Positions 62,109 through 64,000 of a DNA stretch of 64,000 bases are shown in pieces; the first letter of the stretch is position 1; every line of letters starts with the position of its first letter. The position numbers were made by a program, and so were the translations under genes. This DNA comes from Azolla caroliniana (taxonomy: Eukaryota > Plantae > Polypodiophyta). The DNA lies in assembly GCA_043228905.1 (NCBI GenBank), contig JBHGNT010000004.1:13144001-13208000 (forward strand), written 5' to 3'. Below the pieces are notes generated by a model, which did no database searches, had not been told where the DNA came from, and saw only the letters and a list, made by a program, of their open reading frames with translations.

Positions 62109-62429
62109 ACGGGTTCTTCTATCCAATCTATTTTCTTCCTTTTTACTTGATTTGGTCTATTGATTAGTAATAGACTCTTAACAGTGGTATCAGAGCTTTT
62201 ACTAACAATGTTTTTGTTGTTTTGATGTTTTTTGCGTGTGAGCGAGGGGGATCTAACAAGGCTCGTCATGCTCTTCTCAGGATCAAAACAACACTCTAAA
62301 CCCGGTATTCTTCTTTTTTGATCTCTTCTCTTTTTCTATTATGCGTTCTTTATGGTCGAATCAAATTGGTATTACGTTTTATTCTCTTTATTTCTACCTC
62401 CTACTACGCTACGATTTTACTTATTATTA

Positions 62430-62950
62430 TGCATCGGGCCGAGCGTGTTTGCACTAATCGCACACGCTCAACTCATGGCCTTTTGCATATTGCGATATAT
62501 ATCCCACTCTCTCCTCTCTTGAACTCTTACGATAATAATTATTCTTGTGCATTGGGTCGAGCGTGTTTGCTCTAATCGCACACGCTTATCTCATGGCCGT
62601 TTTGCATATGATGTTGAGTATACCACTCTTCCCCTCTATTGAGCCATCACTTGGCCGATTCTAAGGGATGATGTGGCCTTGACGAGGTGTATGTTGCCTA
62701 CCTATGCCACTCTACTCTCTATTAAGCCATCAATTGGCCGATTCTATGGGATGTTGTGGCCTTGACAAGGTATATGTAGCTTACATATGCCACTTTCCTT
62801 TTTAATTAGCCATCAATTGGCCGATTCTAAGGGATGATGTGGCCTTGATGAGGTATATGTCACTTACCTATGCCACTTTCCTCTTTAATTAGCCATTACT
62901 TGGCCGATTCTAGGGATATGTGGTGGTCTTGAGGAGGTGCATGTCAACTA
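62430..62950 (+). repeat. Tandem repeats in the LTR-element leader (2 x about 118 bp, 4 x about 83 bp)
   Basis: GAGCGTGTTTGC..TAATCGCACACGC at about 62440 and 62558; TTGGCCGATTCTA.GG at about 62651, 62734, 62817 and 62900. Confidence 0.88.
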
Positions 62951-64000
62951 CCCTAGGGTTTCGTATCTTAGGGCATGTTTGATTCCATACACCTAATTGT
63001 TGATTATTCTAATTAAATTTTAATTTCATAAGTATTGTTTCACTTATATGATTTTCTAGTAATTATTATTTACCCGCCCACAATTAACTCTCCTTTTTCC
63101 ACTTCCTTTTCATGTATAAAGTATTTACATCGTTTATTTTTAATGTAACCTTTACGTGTAGACTATTTTTTTCGTATGGAGTGGCTTGTTGAACGATTTT
63201 TTTTTTCAACGGGTCATCTAGGTTTAACTCTTATCATCAAGCCTTAGAAAACGAGTAAAACCATATGAGTTCCCTTATTGATGTTTTACTCATGGATTTG
63301 AGTATTATATCTTTGCGCACAACACCGTCATCACTTGTATCAATTTGTGGCTTATGTCACAATTGTGCAAGTTATAACAATCATATTGGGATGTATATGT
63401 GCATACCTTGCACTTCCCATTTATTTGTGACATTGTTTTTTTCGTAGGTAACACATGGGTTCTTTTTTTTACCCTTGTTTTCGTCACTACTTAACTCTTA
63501 TGAGTAGTGCCTTATTTTATCATTTTATCATCACGTTTGCTTATTGCTCGCAAGACTAGAATATTACTTGTGAGTGCACTTGTTTTTTCACGTAATACAC
63601 TTTCTCGACCATATAATACATGATGGGTTGGCATTAATATAAGGCTATCAAGGAAATTTCATTGATGTAAGAACCATGGTTGAGCCTCGGGGAGCCGCCA
63701 TGATTACTCAAGATAGAGATCCGAGAAATACATCTTAGCTATGTTTTCCCCCATGGTTTTTAAAACACCATAGTGTTACCATAGTTATCGGATCTCGAAT
63801 CACATCTCATATGTCTAGAGGGGTAAAGACATGAGATACTTTCTTGGATAAAGTTCTTTCAATCAAAATTTCAAGCATTCATTTTGCTTGTGTATTTTCT
63901 GAACCTCCTTATTTTATTGCATACCCACAGCGTGCATCATGGAACAAGTTTTGAACGCAGTTGGAACGATCTCTCCAAATGAGACCTCTCAACCCCAATC

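Larger units (their letters stand above)
58310..64000 (+). mobile_element. tRNA-iMet-primed LTR element: interrupted 5' LTR, PBS and long non-coding leader
   Basis: TGTTA at 58310 and TAACA at 62183; TATAAAT at 58506; PBS TGGTATCAGAGC at 62185; no recognisable ORF before the window end. Confidence 0.78.

Overview
This is a eukaryotic window, most likely from a non-seed land plant (fern, lycophyte or bryophyte; inferred only from the element types). It is almost entirely nested, decaying retrotransposons, and no host gene can be supported. Contents: two Tcn1/Tf1-like chromoviral Ty3/gypsy copies; one Tat/Athila-type gypsy; a group of tRNA-Trp-primed gypsy elements with 4-bp TSDs (pol-containing, gag-only and solo-LTR forms); several Ty1/copia copies from two families; an L1-type LINE; and a possible DNA-transposon relic. 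The main unexplained signal is that the LTRs of at least four families carry a tRNA-like Pol III cassette (A box and B box at tRNA spacing), always in U3 and always antisense to the LTR promoter. Other notable observations: a gag-only element with U5 at both ends (283-bp palindrome arms) that still has an intact TSD; CpG-centred 4-bp target sites; a Tf1-type self-priming signal; and a conserved -1 frameshift signal. All coordinates were read by eye and may be off by a few bases.
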